The notes: generated by a model not told the origin, from the sequence alone. 64,000 nucleotides of DNA from Octopus sinensis (GCF_006345805.1 NC_042997.1:199392001-199456000); one strand, 5' to 3'. Counted from the first letter of the stretch, positions 1 through 12,425 are shown. Translations and numbers: made by a program.

Positions 1-950
1 ATTTATTATCATTATTATTTCTTAAACAGATCCTAATTAATGTTTTTTATTTGAAAGCTTTGTCTTTCAAAACAATGAGGTCATATCCATTTTCATTAGT
101 TCATTTCTGCTCAGAAATATTAATTGGTTTTATCCCCCTAAAAATGAGTGGGATATATTTTATTTTTATTTTCAGGTGTCTGCTTCAAAAATATAAATAT
201 CTGAGTTTTATTTTTCACATTACTTTGTCATTTATGTAGATAAATATTGAGCTCTAAATTAGGCAAAAGCCCTCACATTTTGCAGAGGTTGCAGTCAATT
301 AAGTTGACTTTAGTAAAAAAGAAGCGTTAGAAACAGGCATGTGCTTAGATAATGTCTTACCACTATTACAAAATCATAAAAGACCAGGCTTTCAATTAAA
401 AAGTTATTACTGAAATTCATTAGACAAACTTATTTGAGAAAAGCATGTGAGAGCAGACCTTGAAAAGAGAGGGCAAGTCACTGAAAAGGTGACAATTAGT
501 GACAAAAGAGGACATAGACTAAAAAAAAACTGATTGATTGTTTAACCAACACATTAAACAAATGACTGATGAATTAGTTGGTTAGATATTTAACCAATTG
601 ACTGAGAGTAAAGAAGTGATACTGAACCAGTGCATGTATTTATTATTATTGGTGTAATGACCCCACCACCACAAGACAGTAAGATTTATTTAAGAATAGT
701 ACTGGGGAAATATTTCATTTTTGTATTTGGCTAGCAAAATTCTTGATGTGTTGTATCTTTGGAGGATCATTATTCATTTCTTTATTATTTATTTGTGAAA
801 TGGTTAACAAATTAACTACTTAACTAATCAGATGTTTCATTAATTGTTTAGTTAACCAATTGATCAGTTAGGTTTGTCAAAGTCCTTTTGTCAGCATATG
901 GGATCTCATGAATAACATACCTTCTCTATTCCAGGTCTGCATATTCTATT

Positions 951-1340
951 ATTGTTTTACTTATTTCAGTCATTTGACTGTGGCCATGTTGGAGCACCAC
1001 CTTTAGTTGAGCAAATTGACCCCAGGACTTTTCTTTCTAAGCCTAGTACTTATTCTATTGGTCTCTTTTGCCGAACTGCTAAGTCACAGGGTCGTAAACA
1101 CACCAGCATCGGTTGTCAAGCCATGTTGGTGGGGACAAACACAGACACAATCATATACACACACATACATATATATATATACGACAGGCTTATTTCATTT
1201 TCCATCTACCAAATCCACTCACAAGGCTTTGGTCAGCCTGAGGCTATAGTAGAAGACACTTGCCCAAGGTGCCATGCAGTTGGACTGAACCTAGAATCAT
1301 GTGGTCAGTAAGCAAGTTACTTACCACACAGCCACTCCTT
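951..1340 (-). mobile_element. tRNA-headed SINE family A (octopus OR-type/CORE-like, central microsatellite)
   Basis: Reverse complement reads GGAGTGGCTGTGTGGTAAG...GGTTCAGTCC (A/B-box-like), GGCACCTTGGGCAAGTGTCTTCTACTATAGCC, a central (TA/CA)n, then a 3' half ending CAGTCAAATGACTGAAA. Further full or partial copies at about 5541-5813(-), 17371-17730(+), 23510-23720(-), 24238-24395(-), 37940-38025(+), 40505-40805(-), 46608-46800(-), 47525-47688(-), 49592-49712(-), 58915-59043(-), 60650-60805(-), 63305-63672(+). Confidence 0.85.
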
Positions 1341-2210
1341 AAAAACATCAAATCCAATAAGATAATACTTTAAGAACAGATAAGTATGATATAATATAGT
1401 AACATATTTAAAGAATAATGTTCTTGAATTGTCTATATGAGAAAATAGAACATCTTAAAGCAATCAAAGCACCCACCGATACAAGTATTATGGGTGTTGT
1501 AAAATTGTACAGACAAGACAAAATAGCCAAGAAATTTGATTGATAAATTAAATAAGTGGTGCAAATTGAGTCTGAGATTTTGAGTTTCAGGTTTGATTTT
1601 CTATAAATCTCTTTGCTAGGTTGATGGGTGAAGGAATAACATTAATTTAATTCATCAGGTGACATTTAGACATTTAAATGGAGAATGCCATAAATTACAG
1701 CAAACCGTTGTACATTTAGGTATAATATTTCCTATATTAATATCACCAAGTAATATTCTAAATAACGAAGTGAATAAACAACTATTAAATTTCAGTTTCT
1801 CTTTGATGCACCTGTTAATTAATTTCTAAGATCCAATAGAAACTACTTTACGTCAAGGAATTGTGTCATAAAAGTTGAAAGACGAAATCCTGGAGAAGAG
1901 GAAGTGTAAATAGAGCATTTAAATGGGAATAGCTAGTTTGTGAAATGGGAATCTTTCCTGATTGAAACTAAAAAGATTGAACCAATAAAAAAGTGGAAAT
2001 GTCAAGAGAAAGTCTAATCACTGATTCTTATTACGCATGTATTGAACTCTCAAATATCTTATTTCGATATTTTATCGAAGGGACGTGGTGCAGAAAGCCG
2101 AGTGTTCTATTTAGTTTTAATATATCGTGCTTCCAAGTTCAAATCTCACTGAAGTTAATTTTTACTTTCACTCATTCAGTATCCTTATTCAATATGGAAC
2201 TAGCATACAG

Positions 2211-2635
2211 GGATCTTTTTGGTTTGAATGGCAGTTTTTAAACATAATTTCTAGGTAACTAAAAAATTTTAAACTTCGTATACTGGTAGAATATGTTTAT
2301 AAAACATCTTTTTCTCTTGACTTTATTGAGAAAATTCTATAGTTTGTAAGATATTTGTTGTTTTTTTTCTTCAATTTCTGCAATTTCAACCAATCAGTGA
2401 CGTCCATTGAGTTAAAAAACATTCTGTGCCATATGAATATGTCCCTCTTTTAAGAAACAGATTGGGTTTATTTACATTTGTGAAGAAAAAAAGATACCCT
2501 TGACCCCCCCCCCCCGCCCTAAACCTAACCCTAAAACAGATTGAAATGCAATAGATCGATACTAGGGTCATAATTATGGGTGACAATTTCATATGACACA
2601 GCTAGAAAAAACTGCCGTTCAAACTGAAAAGATCC
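2211..2635. mobile_element. Non-autonomous DNA transposon (MITE), Merlin-like
   Basis: TIRs GGATCTTTTTGGTTTGAATGGCAGTTTTT / AAAAACTGCCGTTCAAACTGAAAAGATCC. Perfect 8-bp TSD GCATACAG at 2203-2210 and 2636-2643. GG termini with an 8-bp TSD fit Merlin. Confidence 0.75.
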
Positions 2636-4319
2636 GCATACAGGGGATCTTAACTATAAAATTCCAACCTGTTTGAAAATTACTTTGTGCCACATTAAAA
2701 CACATCAATATTCAGTTTAAGAAAAAATTTTCCAAATTTTAGCATGAATAGAGTTTATAAAAACAATAGGTTTTCCTTTTCATTACAAATGGGTAATAAT
2801 TTTTTCTTAAATTCTGTAACGTGTTTTTTTTTTAATTCTTAATTACTGATATTTAGTGACCTAATTTTCACTAATTACCCCAGACATATTTCAAGCTACC
2901 TATTGATTGCTGTATCACAGGGATTAAATCATTTTCTGTAAACTCAGCATTTTTTTTTAACGTGTCTCATCAGCCATTCAACTTTATATTTATTTCTATA
3001 TTTAGTACAAGTTACATTTTCTCAATTACATTTAGTTCATCATTACTGCTTCTTGTGTAATAATTACCTTTTCTCTGTTAGTTTGTATTAATTCAATACA
3101 AACATTCAATATCCTTCTGTCTCCCTTCTATTTCTCAAAAGTTATTGTTCTTTTATACAGAACATCTCTTATAGAAATTTCTTTAGATTAGCCTCCTTTT
3201 TTTTTTCTTAATACAGCATTGTACAGATACATTTCCAGTATTATTGATATTAATAATCTATCAAAAAGATGCTGTACTTTTGCTTAGTCTATCAGGGCAG
3301 GATTTCATCATCCGAAAAACCTAGAGGTAGTTTTATCACAGTCTGTTCAGTTAACAATTACCAAACTTCATGACACTTCAAGCTAAATATATAAGCTTTC
3401 ACCTGAGCTGTTCCTACTTCAACAAGCTGCTCCTTATTCCAGGTAAAAAAAAAAATGCACCTTGATAATTCACTTTCAACCAGAATGCCATCATTCTTAT
3501 CATGATTACATATTCAAAAGGTAATGTTTTAGTCAAATTCATTAAGAAACAGTTACTTTAATGCTGTTCAAACATTGTCATTAATTATACTTCAAAACAA
3601 GAAACCTATAATTTAGTGTATATAATTTGCTTCCTTTCTGCCACATTTTATATTCCTTCTTTAAACAATTCAACATCATCTCCATAATAACAACAACTTG
3701 ATTTAATGCTTATACGTGATCTAAAATAGAATATTTTGTTACTTTTAAATAATTTATCACACACCTCATTATTTTGACTCTTTGAAACATAAATTCAATT
3801 TAAGTATCTTCTTCAGATGATGCAATATGAATACATAACTTAATACCTGTATCTAACAGACACTTTACATCCATTGAAAGTACTTTTACTATCATCATCA
3901 CCATCATCATAATCATCATGAAATTTCTATTTCTGTACAAATCCCTTCTTTGTAAGTAAAATAAAGGAAGAAATCTATCAGTGAAGAAATAGTGTTCATG
4001 TTTATGTTTCTGATGTTTTGAAGTTAAATATACAGCATCTATAAAGATGTAGTTCAATCGTCGAGACAAAGAAGTCATTGTTACTTTTTTTCTTTTTTTT
4101 TTTTCTATCAAAAAGTTTTATTATTTCACTGTTTCGCTACATTATTTGTAACTTGTCAGTGCATGCTTCTTCTTCTGGGCTAGTCATGCATTGACCTTTT
4201 TTGAGATCCTGCTGTCTTGAGCTATTAATACACCAGATAAATAATGTATTAGTAAATGATTAACCATAATAAAAAAAGATGACGATAACTGTTAACAAAC
4301 ACTATTTATATATATATAT

Positions 4320-4600
4320 GAAAAAGCATTCGATTGTGTATATGTGGTTATAGCCCAGAAGATGTGGGTTACTATGATGTGCCAGAAAAGAATGTCATCG
4401 CAACAGGTACAAGACATCCTAGAAGTAAATGTCATGGTAGACTTAGACGGTTGATTCTTAAATGAATTTGAAGGTGGGAGTGCAGGGGCATGTTCAATAG
4501 CCTTTCTTGTTTGTTGTTCTAATGAACCTCAAAACATTTAAGGAAACAATTGGAAATGGAAGGAAAGAGAAGGCATTGAAAAGTATTTGGCAGATTTAAG
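4320..4600 (+). mobile_element. Decayed RTE-clade LINE reverse transcriptase fragment
   Basis: Frameshifted motifs EKAFD, VPEK, LKVGV-QG and PFLFVVLM match RTE RT domains. Confidence 0.6.
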
Positions 4601-5049
4601 ATGTTAGTTTGTCAATTAATGAAATATGAAAATTAGAATGCAAAGAATTATATGCAAGATTCACAAAATGCAACTATATTTTTAGCATATATACTTTTTT
4701 TATGAATATGATACTTTGGACAAAACTTTTATAGATAACTTGCTAAAATACTAAAAAACATTGTTGGGTGTAACTTAAAATAAAGATTCCTATTATAATG
4801 TAAGGTAATCATTAATTTTAATGAGTTCTTTTCACAACCAGTTAAATATCTTACTTATCTTTCCTGAACATGGTTTCTCCTTTATTTAGCCATTAAACCT
4901 TCTTATAATAAATAACTGTGTGCAAGAAATTTCTTCTTTTTCTTTTATTACTTCCTTTAATCATTTAAGTTTTAAGTTAACATGTTTAATTTTTTAATTC
5001 TGTTTAATTTTGATTAAAAACTGTATTTTTTGTATGTAAAGTGTGTTGT

Positions 5050-5400
5050 TTATCATGACTGTTTTAATGTCTGTGTGTCCCTGATGGCATAGGTCAGTCA
5101 AGTTTCCGGAACAGCAAATCCCCATTAATTTTGATTCTGAATAATCATCTCTTCTGTGAGGTCCACCATTCAGAAATCTTAACTCACAGCTACTTACAAC
5201 GTCAGTAAACGAAACAAATTTTTCTTGATAGATTTATGATTGTCTGATGAAATATTCCATCTTCTGACATCTACAGCTTCCTCTTCTAGTTTAATCATGC
5301 TAACATTCATCTCCCGTTCTTGTATACATTATATTTCACAACATAATTCATTTTGTTGTAGTATTCTATATCTACTGAATTACTGCTTTGTAGAAAAAAT
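5050..5400 (-). mobile_element. Decayed LINE AP-endonuclease fragment
   Basis: Minus strand gives ...SCELRFLNGGP...GNLTDLC, resembling the LRILNG...IDY segment of LINE APE domains; stops and frameshifts present. Confidence 0.4.
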
Positions 5401-5540
5401 GGTTCTTTAGCCTTTACATGTTTCATCAAATAGCCAATATATCACTGTTCTTTATTTTTTTTTTTTTACTTTTCTTTTTCTGAATATATATTTAAGCCTA
5501 CTTAAATAATCACTTTTCACTATATCACATGGAAGTTATA

Positions 5541-5748
5541 CTCTTTACTCTTTTACTTGTTTCAGTCATTTGACTGCGGCCATGCTGGAGCACTGCTTTT
5601 CAGTTGAGCAAATCGACCTCAGGACTTATTTTTTGTAAGTCTAGTACTTATTCTATCGGTCTCTTTTGCCGAACCGCTAAGTTACGGAGATGTAAACACA
5701 CAAGCATCGGTTGTCAAGCGATGTTGGGGGGACAAAACAGACACACAA

Positions 5749-5791
<43 letters not shown>

Positions 5792-5813
5792 TATACGACG
5801 GGCTTCTTTCAGT
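5541..5813 (-). mobile_element. SINE family A, 3' half
   Basis: Close match to the other family A copies, with (TA)n at about 5755-5795. Confidence 0.8.
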
Positions 5814-6479
5814 TACAAGCTTTATAGAAACTTCCTACCTACCACCCCTCAACCATTGAAGAAAGTCTCCATTTTTGTTGGCCACTTGGTGATATTACAT
5901 GCACTCAGTAATATTTTAGCCTGAGCCTCATCACCATGTATACACAGCGAACAGTTATGAAATATCTTCCAAACTAAGAAAGGAGCATCTTTGTGGTTGC
6001 TCAACCAGCTAAAATCAGGGGCCTAATTCTCCTCATGCCATACTCTACCATCTTAAAAAAGGAATACATTTGATAATGTATCTGAGGGGACACCATGCCC
6101 CCACCCCCTAAAAAAACACATACACACACTAAATGTTACAGTTATAAGGCCTCCAATCAAAGATCTGCTTAACCAAGACTGTCTTGGGTCTTGATAACAA
6201 TAAAACCTCTGCTCATGTGAAACCAACACTGCAACAAGTTTTGTGAAAGCATTTCAATCACACCCACTCATGGTACCTTGTTCCTATCTTCATCGAACTC
6301 TTCAATCTCTCTCTCTCTCTCTCTCACACACACAAACTCTTTGCTACTGTTTAAAAATATACTGCAGTTTGTACTATATCAAGAATACCACATCTATCAC
6401 TTCACTAACAACTTACTCATTGTTCTCCCTTCTAACATATCAGGGATTATAGAAACAGATACAGCCAAAAGCAATCTTC

Positions 6480-7010
6480 ATCATCACCTTTTTCTCTTTC
6501 TCTCTCTCTTTCTATTCAGTAACATCCATTTTGGCTTCTATAAAATCAAATTCACTGGAGTTTTACTTTCAAATCACATTCAACAGTTTTGAGAACTTTG
6601 GTGAAAGCAATTGCCCTCAACATTAGCAAACAATTTAACAATGTTCGTCATAGGATTTATCTTGTCAGCATACCCAAACATGGCCTACACTCATCTCTCT
6701 ATTCTGAGATTGAAAGATTCTTATTGTACTGTTGCTGCATGGGCCAATGAGGCTTTCTTTAATCACACCATTTTATCAATTCTGGTGTACCCCAAGTTTC
6801 AACAATGTCTCCCATGCCCTTCCTGCTGTACACAAGCAACCTACTTGCTACCACATTTAACATCTCACACTTCTATACTGATGATCTTAAACTTCACACT
6901 CCTGTAGCCTTCCACTCACAGGAGTCATCTACATGTAACATAAACAGCTCAAGCTCTATGGCATTGAGATCCTTCTTCAGTGGGGACTTGAGACATGACA
7001 ACCACGTCTC
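6480..7010 (+). mobile_element. Decayed L2/Crack/CR1-group LINE reverse transcriptase fragment
   Basis: Translation gives HFGF, ENFGE, SGVPQVSTMSPMPFLLYTSNLL (cf. SGVPQGSxLSPxLFLLYINDL) and FYTDDLKLH (cf. YADD). Confidence 0.7.
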
Positions 7011-7030
7011 TTTCAAAAACAATTTATATA

Positions 7031-7396
7031 TAACTAGCACTATGACCCGGCAACGCCGAGTCATAGTGCTAGTGCATGCATATACAGCTGCATGCATGCG
7101 CACATATATGCGAGTCCTGTCCAAATCTCCGACCAATCACATACAGCTAGCTGGCATTCAATTGGCGTATCAAGTTTTGGGCATTTTGATTGGGTTTTGG
7201 ATAGAAAATTCACAAAAAGTCACTTCTGTTGATTTTTAATGGCTTTGCGGGGTGACTGGGGAAATGTAAAGATGTGCATGACCACCCTTGGATGGTTTTC
7301 AATGACCATAGAAAGTGCGAGCCCTCTAACTGAAAAACTGTGGATTTGTATAAAGGACACGCACACAGACATTTTGCCGTTTATATATATAGAGAT
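7031..7396 (+). mobile_element. Non-autonomous Helitron/Helentron-like element
   Basis: 5' ACTAGCACTATGACCCGGC-AAC-GCCGAGTCATAGTGCTAGT hairpin (18/19 bp). 3' end TTTATATATATAGAGAT. No TSD; AT-rich insertion site. Confidence 0.5.
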
Positions 7397-7565
7397 AACA
7401 CCCATCTGTGCACACATCAAGAGGGATTTGAAACTCTCTCCTTCCCCATATTTTTCCTGCAGACACTGACAGATGTTCAAGCTGAATGTCATCTGTACCA
7501 TTGTAAGCACACTCAATTGTCATAGATGTGGGTTCCCTCCCTACAGGTTATGGTATTTGTCAATA

Positions 7566-7958
7566 GTGGAAGCGCAATGGCTCTGTGGTTAGGGCAGCGG
7601 ACTCACGGTCATAGGATCGCGGTTTCGATTCCCAGACCGGGCGTTGTGAGTGTTTATTGAGCGAAAACACCTAAAGCTCCACGAGGCTCCAGCAGGGGAT
7701 GGTGGTGATCCCTGCTGTATTCTTTCACCACAACTTTCTCTCACTCTTACTTCCTGTTTCTGTTGTACCTGTAATTTAAAGGGCCGGCCTTGTCACTCTC
7801 TGTGTCACGCTGAATATCCCCAAGAACTGTGTTAAGGGTACACGTGCCTGTGGAGTGCTCAGCCACTTAATCGTTAATTTCACGAGCAGGCTGTTCTGCT
7901 GATCGGATCAACCGGAACCCTCGTCGTCGTAACCGATGGAGTGCTTTCTCTCTCTCTC
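7566..7958 (+). mobile_element. tRNA-headed SINE family D, full length
   Basis: GGAAGCGCAATGGCTCTGTGGTTAGGGC...GGTTTCGATTCC head (A/B boxes), body and (CT)n tail. Variants with different 3' tails at 12479-12771(+), 60073-60380(+), 24075-24190(+, head only) and 13957-14072(-, tail only). Confidence 0.8.
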
Positions 7959-10284
7959 TGTAAGCACACTCAGTTGTTTGTCATAGATGTGGGTTCCCTC
8001 CCTACTGGATATGGCTTTTGTCAATAAGCTTCCATTTAAATTTTTTTAGAGCTTGTGATCTAATCTGTGTCTTGTGCTGGTTCTATTTAAAATATATTCA
8101 TATGATGTCCTTCCATCTTCTGAGTAGTAGCCTTAAAGTACTTGAAGAAATTGTTTATAAATTAAAGTAAAACAAAACAAAAAATATATATATAAATAAC
8201 TGAGAAGTCATTTCTATATAGAATTTTCTTTTTGAGCTCTTAATAGGGAGCTGACATGATATTCTGTTGAGGGGAAAATGACTATTATTACTGCTACAAT
8301 AGATTCTGTTCTCTTCTAACTATTTCTTCCGACCAGTTAATTGGCTATCATGCCGATGGTAATGAATTTAAAATATGGAATCCAATCTTGCAGAAACATT
8401 AATTTTCCAACAACTTCCTATTTAACAATGGAAGGTGACATAATTATTTCCATCAGCTGCAGAAATGGTCTTTTATTGGCCCTTTATGTAGGTATACATT
8501 AGTATTATATACTGTTCTCGTGTTTATCATAATTTGAAATCAATGTAGAGGGTTTGCAAATGGGCAGTATCACATATAAAAAGAAAGTTTTATACTCAAA
8601 CCATGAGTTACTTATTCTTGACTTCTTCCATGTTAGAGGAAGCATCCAACAAATTAAGTCTGTTCTACAAATTAAGCTTGTCTATCTGGAAAAGTTGGAT
8701 AAAAAAAAATTAACAATCAAAAATATATTTTCTGCTTAGTATAAGATATGATAGCAAAGGATTTTAAAAAGCCTGTTATCATCTTTATAACAGTTTCAAA
8801 TAGACAATGTATCTTTTACAAAGTCGTATGATAATAATTTATTCTTCAACAGTTACTGAGTATCCTAAATGCAAACCAAATGGGTCTAAGACCAAAGTAT
8901 TGCTGACAAATCTTAATTGGTTATTGACCATACTCACGAAAATATTGTTCATGCGATTAGAAAGTCATTACATGATAAACTGCTGTATTCCGCGAACGAG
9001 TGACTCCTCATTGCCATTTCTATTAGCACATCCACCCACACTTTATGACTGTATACTCCATACAACTATACTCAAGAAATTTATATACATAGGCACAGGC
9101 ATTGCTGTGTGGTAAGAAACTTGTCTCCCAAGGTGGTGAGCTGGCAGAAATGTTAGCATGCCAGGCGAAATGCTTAGTGGTATTTCATCTGCAATTACAT
9201 TCTCAGTTACTCAACTAATTCTGAGTTACTCAACTATATTCTGAGAATTGCAGATATAGACATTTTGTTTTTATAACTTCAGTTTTTTGCTGAGATTGCC
9301 AGGTCTTCTTGAGCGCTCTTTATAAATTCTCTAAAGTCTGAGATGATTAGAGTGTGATGGGATGGAGCTCATAGCAAAAATCAGTTCAGTTGTAACTGTG
9401 TGTGCTGTGGGAGAGAATCCCAATGATTGTGGTACAGGTAACTGTTGGGAAAGGAATATAAAGGATATTGGAATGTTGTAAATAAAGTCAAAGAGAGTGA
9501 GATACATATGGAGGAGATGAGCAAATAGAGAGGATAGTGGCAGGTGGAGAGAGAGAGAGAGAGAGAGAGAAAGAAAGAGTGTGGATAAGAAAAGAGAGAA
9601 AGTAATGAATTAACATAATTAAAACGGATAAGAGAAAAGTCATTAACGATTTTTATATTTATCAATCATTTTTACATATTGTTTTTAAAAATGCTATTGT
9701 TTAAAATTCAAAAGTGAATAAAAGTGAAAACCCAATGGGCTCTTAACTTTTTTTCATGCTTTTGTTATTTAATTTACTTTCATATTTGCTTTTAAGTATC
9801 TTCATAGTAGTGTTTTTAAAAAATGTAATCACACATTTTCCTATTTAATCCTAAGAAAGAAAATATAAGAAAAATTTAAAATAAGTTTTATTGTTTTTCA
9901 TCTGCCTGCAATTTCCTACTCTTTCAGTATTTTAAATTATTTGTTAAAATAATGAACTACAAAATACTTATTTAATTGGGCTGCAGCTATAACACAGTTT
10001 CATTAACCTACATAATCATCATGTTAAGATTATTACGATTTCAGCAGAAGGTACGCTTCAGTTTTGACAAAGCTTGTTCTTTTGATTACATTTCCTAGTT
10101 TGATATATTAGTTGGTCATTGAAAAAGTTACCAACTACCATGGTCATATTAAAAAACTGTAACTTTTTGTTTGACTGATTTAAAATATCTGAAGAGTGAA
10201 AAATTTATGTCTGTAGAATAAGAGCTGATTCACTACAGGGTATCTGGTTAGTTTAATAATCCAAAATGATCCCCAAATTTAGAA

Positions 10285-10630
10285 TCTCTGCCCCGACTGG
10301 CTCCTATGCTGGTAGCACGTAAAAAGTACCATCTGATCATGGCTGATGCCAGTGCTGCTGGACTGGCTCCTGTGCCGGTAGCATATAAAAAGCACCATCT
10401 GAACATGGCCAATGCCAGTGCTGCCTGACTTGCTCCTGTACCAGTAGCATGTAAAAAGCACTCACTATACTCTCAGAGTGATTGGCATTAGGAAGGGCAT
10501 CAAGCTGTAGAAACACTGCCAGATCAGATTGGAGCCTGGTGTGGCCTCTTGGCTTGCCAGTCCCCAGTCAAACTGTCCAACCCATGCCAGCATGGTAAAC
10601 AGACGTTAAACGATGACAATGATGATGATC
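10285..10630 (+). mobile_element. RTE 3'-UTR-derived repeat family C with internal 66-bp tandem units and (GAT)n tail
   Basis: Three ~66-bp units start at 10295, 10361 and 10427, followed by GGCATTAGGAAGGGCATC...CGTTAAACGATGA. Other copies at about 14445-14845(-), 21860-22010(+), 28265-28480(-), 40850-41280(+), 42340-42848(+), 47100-47470(+), 52395-52590(+), 52865-53015(+), 61190-61290(-), 63035-63160(-). Confidence 0.75.
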
Positions 10631-11439
10631 TTCATCCCTCTACCGTAAATTACATGCATTTAATTAGTCTTCTTATACAGTAATCTCTGATCCATTTTAC
10701 CTTTCAATTTTAATTCATTTGTTTGTGCACCTTACATTCATTTTTCCATCAAAGCATGGGTTAGATGAATACATATTACTAAAAAATTGCTTCTATCACC
10801 ATTTGCCTTTCCTGTCATTAACTCTTTCCCTTTGTCCCATGAGAGAATGCTCATTCAACATATCTTTGAAAGTACATAACTACAATCACATAATTTGTTG
10901 AAAGGCAAATAGTTCAACTCAGTACAGAATACAAACAAACATACACAAATACAAAGGGCTTCATACACTCTCCATCTACCATATTCACTTACGAGGCATT
11001 GGCTTACCTGAGGCTACAGCCGAACTCACTTGTTCCATGATTGAACCCGAAAGTACATTATTATGAAGCAGACATCTTAATTTCAAACCCATGTCTGCAC
11101 TATTAAAGTTGAGTAATTTTTAATAAATGTCGCTTCAGGATTTAATTCACATTTATTTCTTCTATAAAAAATCATTATTCTTTAACCTTTACTCTTCTAA
11201 ATTCTCTTTTCTGTTCAGTCAAACAATTTGCCTTTACTATAACTTTCCAGGAGGATATTGATAATTTCTAAGAATTGTTTTCTTGGCCAACATCTATTAA
11301 TAAAATTTAATTATACATATGCTAATTAAATAAGCTGCTACAATACCATGTGCTCTTGGTCACAGAAACTATAGTTTTGATTTATAGATTTGTATTTAAT
11401 TCAATCTAGACATTATTTCACGGAAGTAGAGAATTAATA

Positions 11440-12030
11440 GTAACATAATGGTAAATTCATAATATAGTTCAACCAGAAGGAATTGCAATTTTTAGATGTT
11501 TTAATTATGAAAGGAGATGGAAAGATAGAAACAGACATCTACTGCAAACCCATGGATTCGTGGCAGTATCTTCTCTTCCCATCCTGTCATCTTAAACATA
11601 CAAGAACAAACATTCCATTCAATATTGCAAAGAGAATTTGTACAATAACATTGAATTCTACAAAATGTGATCAAAGAATAGATGAATAGAAAAACATACT
11701 TATTCAAAGAGTATTTCCTCTAGCTCTAATGACAAATGAAAATAGAAAGGATAAATATTCGAGATGTAAGGAAGGAAGAAGTAAAACCAAGTGAAATGTC
11801 TTAGCAGATGCATTTACATTTAACCTTAGAAATGCAGAAATATTTGGTCATATTTATAAAAACTCATCTAATGTAAATAAAGATGAATACAAGGGAAAAC
11901 GTTCTAGAAAATCAACCAGTCATCGAAAGCAAAAGGCAACCCAAGAAATTGTAAAAATATGGTAACTAGGGCAAAAATCCAAAAGCAAACACGTTTGCAA
12001 CTTCACTATTATAAGATGCAAAAGACCAAA
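11440..12030 (+). mobile_element. Penelope-like element (PLE) RT thumb/linker remnant
   Basis: ORF 11483-11689 QFLDVLIMK...IETDIYCKPMDSWQYLLFPSCHLKHTRTNIPFNIAKRICTI matches the PLE motif FLDV...TDIYxKPTDxxQYLxFxSCHPxHxxxNIPxxxAxRI. Decays downstream and ends in (TA)n. Confidence 0.85.
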
Positions 12031-12039
12031 TTCTATATG

Positions 12040-12042
<3 letters not shown>

Positions 12043-12080
<38 letters not shown>

Positions 12081-12095
12081 ATATATATATATATA

Positions 12096-12126
<31 letters not shown>

Positions 12127-12129
12127 GCG

Positions 12130-12166
<37 letters not shown>

Positions 12167-12215
12167 GTCTATCTATTTATCTATCTACCTATCTGTCTGT
12201 CTTTCTTTCTTTCAG
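12043..12215. repeat. Compound (TA)n/(TG)n/(TCTA)n microsatellite
   Basis: Direct inspection. Confidence 0.9.
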
Positions 12216-12271
12216 TCTACCTACCTATATATTTATAAATAATTGAATAAGTTGGAGTCAATACAGATAGC

Positions 12272-12425
12272 GCAGCGCGCTGGCAGAATTGTTAGCACGC
12301 TGGGAAAAATGCTTAGCAGTATTTACTCTGTCATTACATTATGAGTTCAAATTCTGCCGCGGTCGACTTTGCTTTTCATCCTTGTTTGTCCCTTCTATGT
12401 TTAGCCCCCTGTGGGCAATAAAGAA
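12272..12425 (+). mobile_element. tRNA-headed SINE family B (central GTCGACTTTGCCTTTCATCCTTTCGGGGTCGATAAATTAAGTACC domain)
   Basis: GCTGGCAGAA.GTTAGCACGC head and GAGTTCAAATTC B box. Other copies at about 9132-9200, 13696-13913, 18011-18245, 18250-18350(-), 32125-32280(-), 33401-33620, 38325-38465(-), 39703-39915, 42571-42791(-), 57910-58180, 61908-62124, 63337-63570. Confidence 0.8.

Noticed and set aside
952-1311. ORFs with signal-peptide-like starts (e.g. MSKLTPGLFFLSLVLILLVSFAELLS) and similar ORFs at 5604, 30363, 36025, 43515, 56613, 59765
   Set aside because: All are reading frames through SINE family A, which explains why near-identical peptides recur.
1831-1904. Possible + strand exon SNRNYFTSRNCVIKVERRNPGEEEV
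   Set aside because: Weak donor (GT|GTAAAT), no recognisable homology and no partner exon; not supportable.
2503-2535. Telomere-like CCTAAACCTAACCCTAAA
   Set aside because: Only about three degenerate units, internal to the MITE; not an interstitial telomere array.
4354-4406. Apparent exon PEDVGYYDVPEKNVIAT with a YDVP phosphotyrosine motif
   Set aside because: The flanks carry EKAFD and VGV-QG...PFLFVV motifs, so it is part of a decayed RTE reverse transcriptase.
5202-5330. Minus-strand frame MNVSMIKLEEEAV...LFRLLT with a GTAAGT donor
   Set aside because: Better explained as a LINE endonuclease remnant; in-frame stop upstream and no good acceptor.
8330-9115. Short open frames with splice-like sites (LIGYHADGNEFKIWNP..., ORF 8807-9115)
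   Set aside because: Stops in every frame between plausible splice sites; NQMGLRP suggests a LINE RT remnant, but too decayed to call.
10279-10461. ORF with a 22-aa periodic repeat, and a superficially CRISPR-like 66-bp array
   Set aside because: Tandem units inside the RTE 3'-UTR repeat family C; there are no unique spacers.
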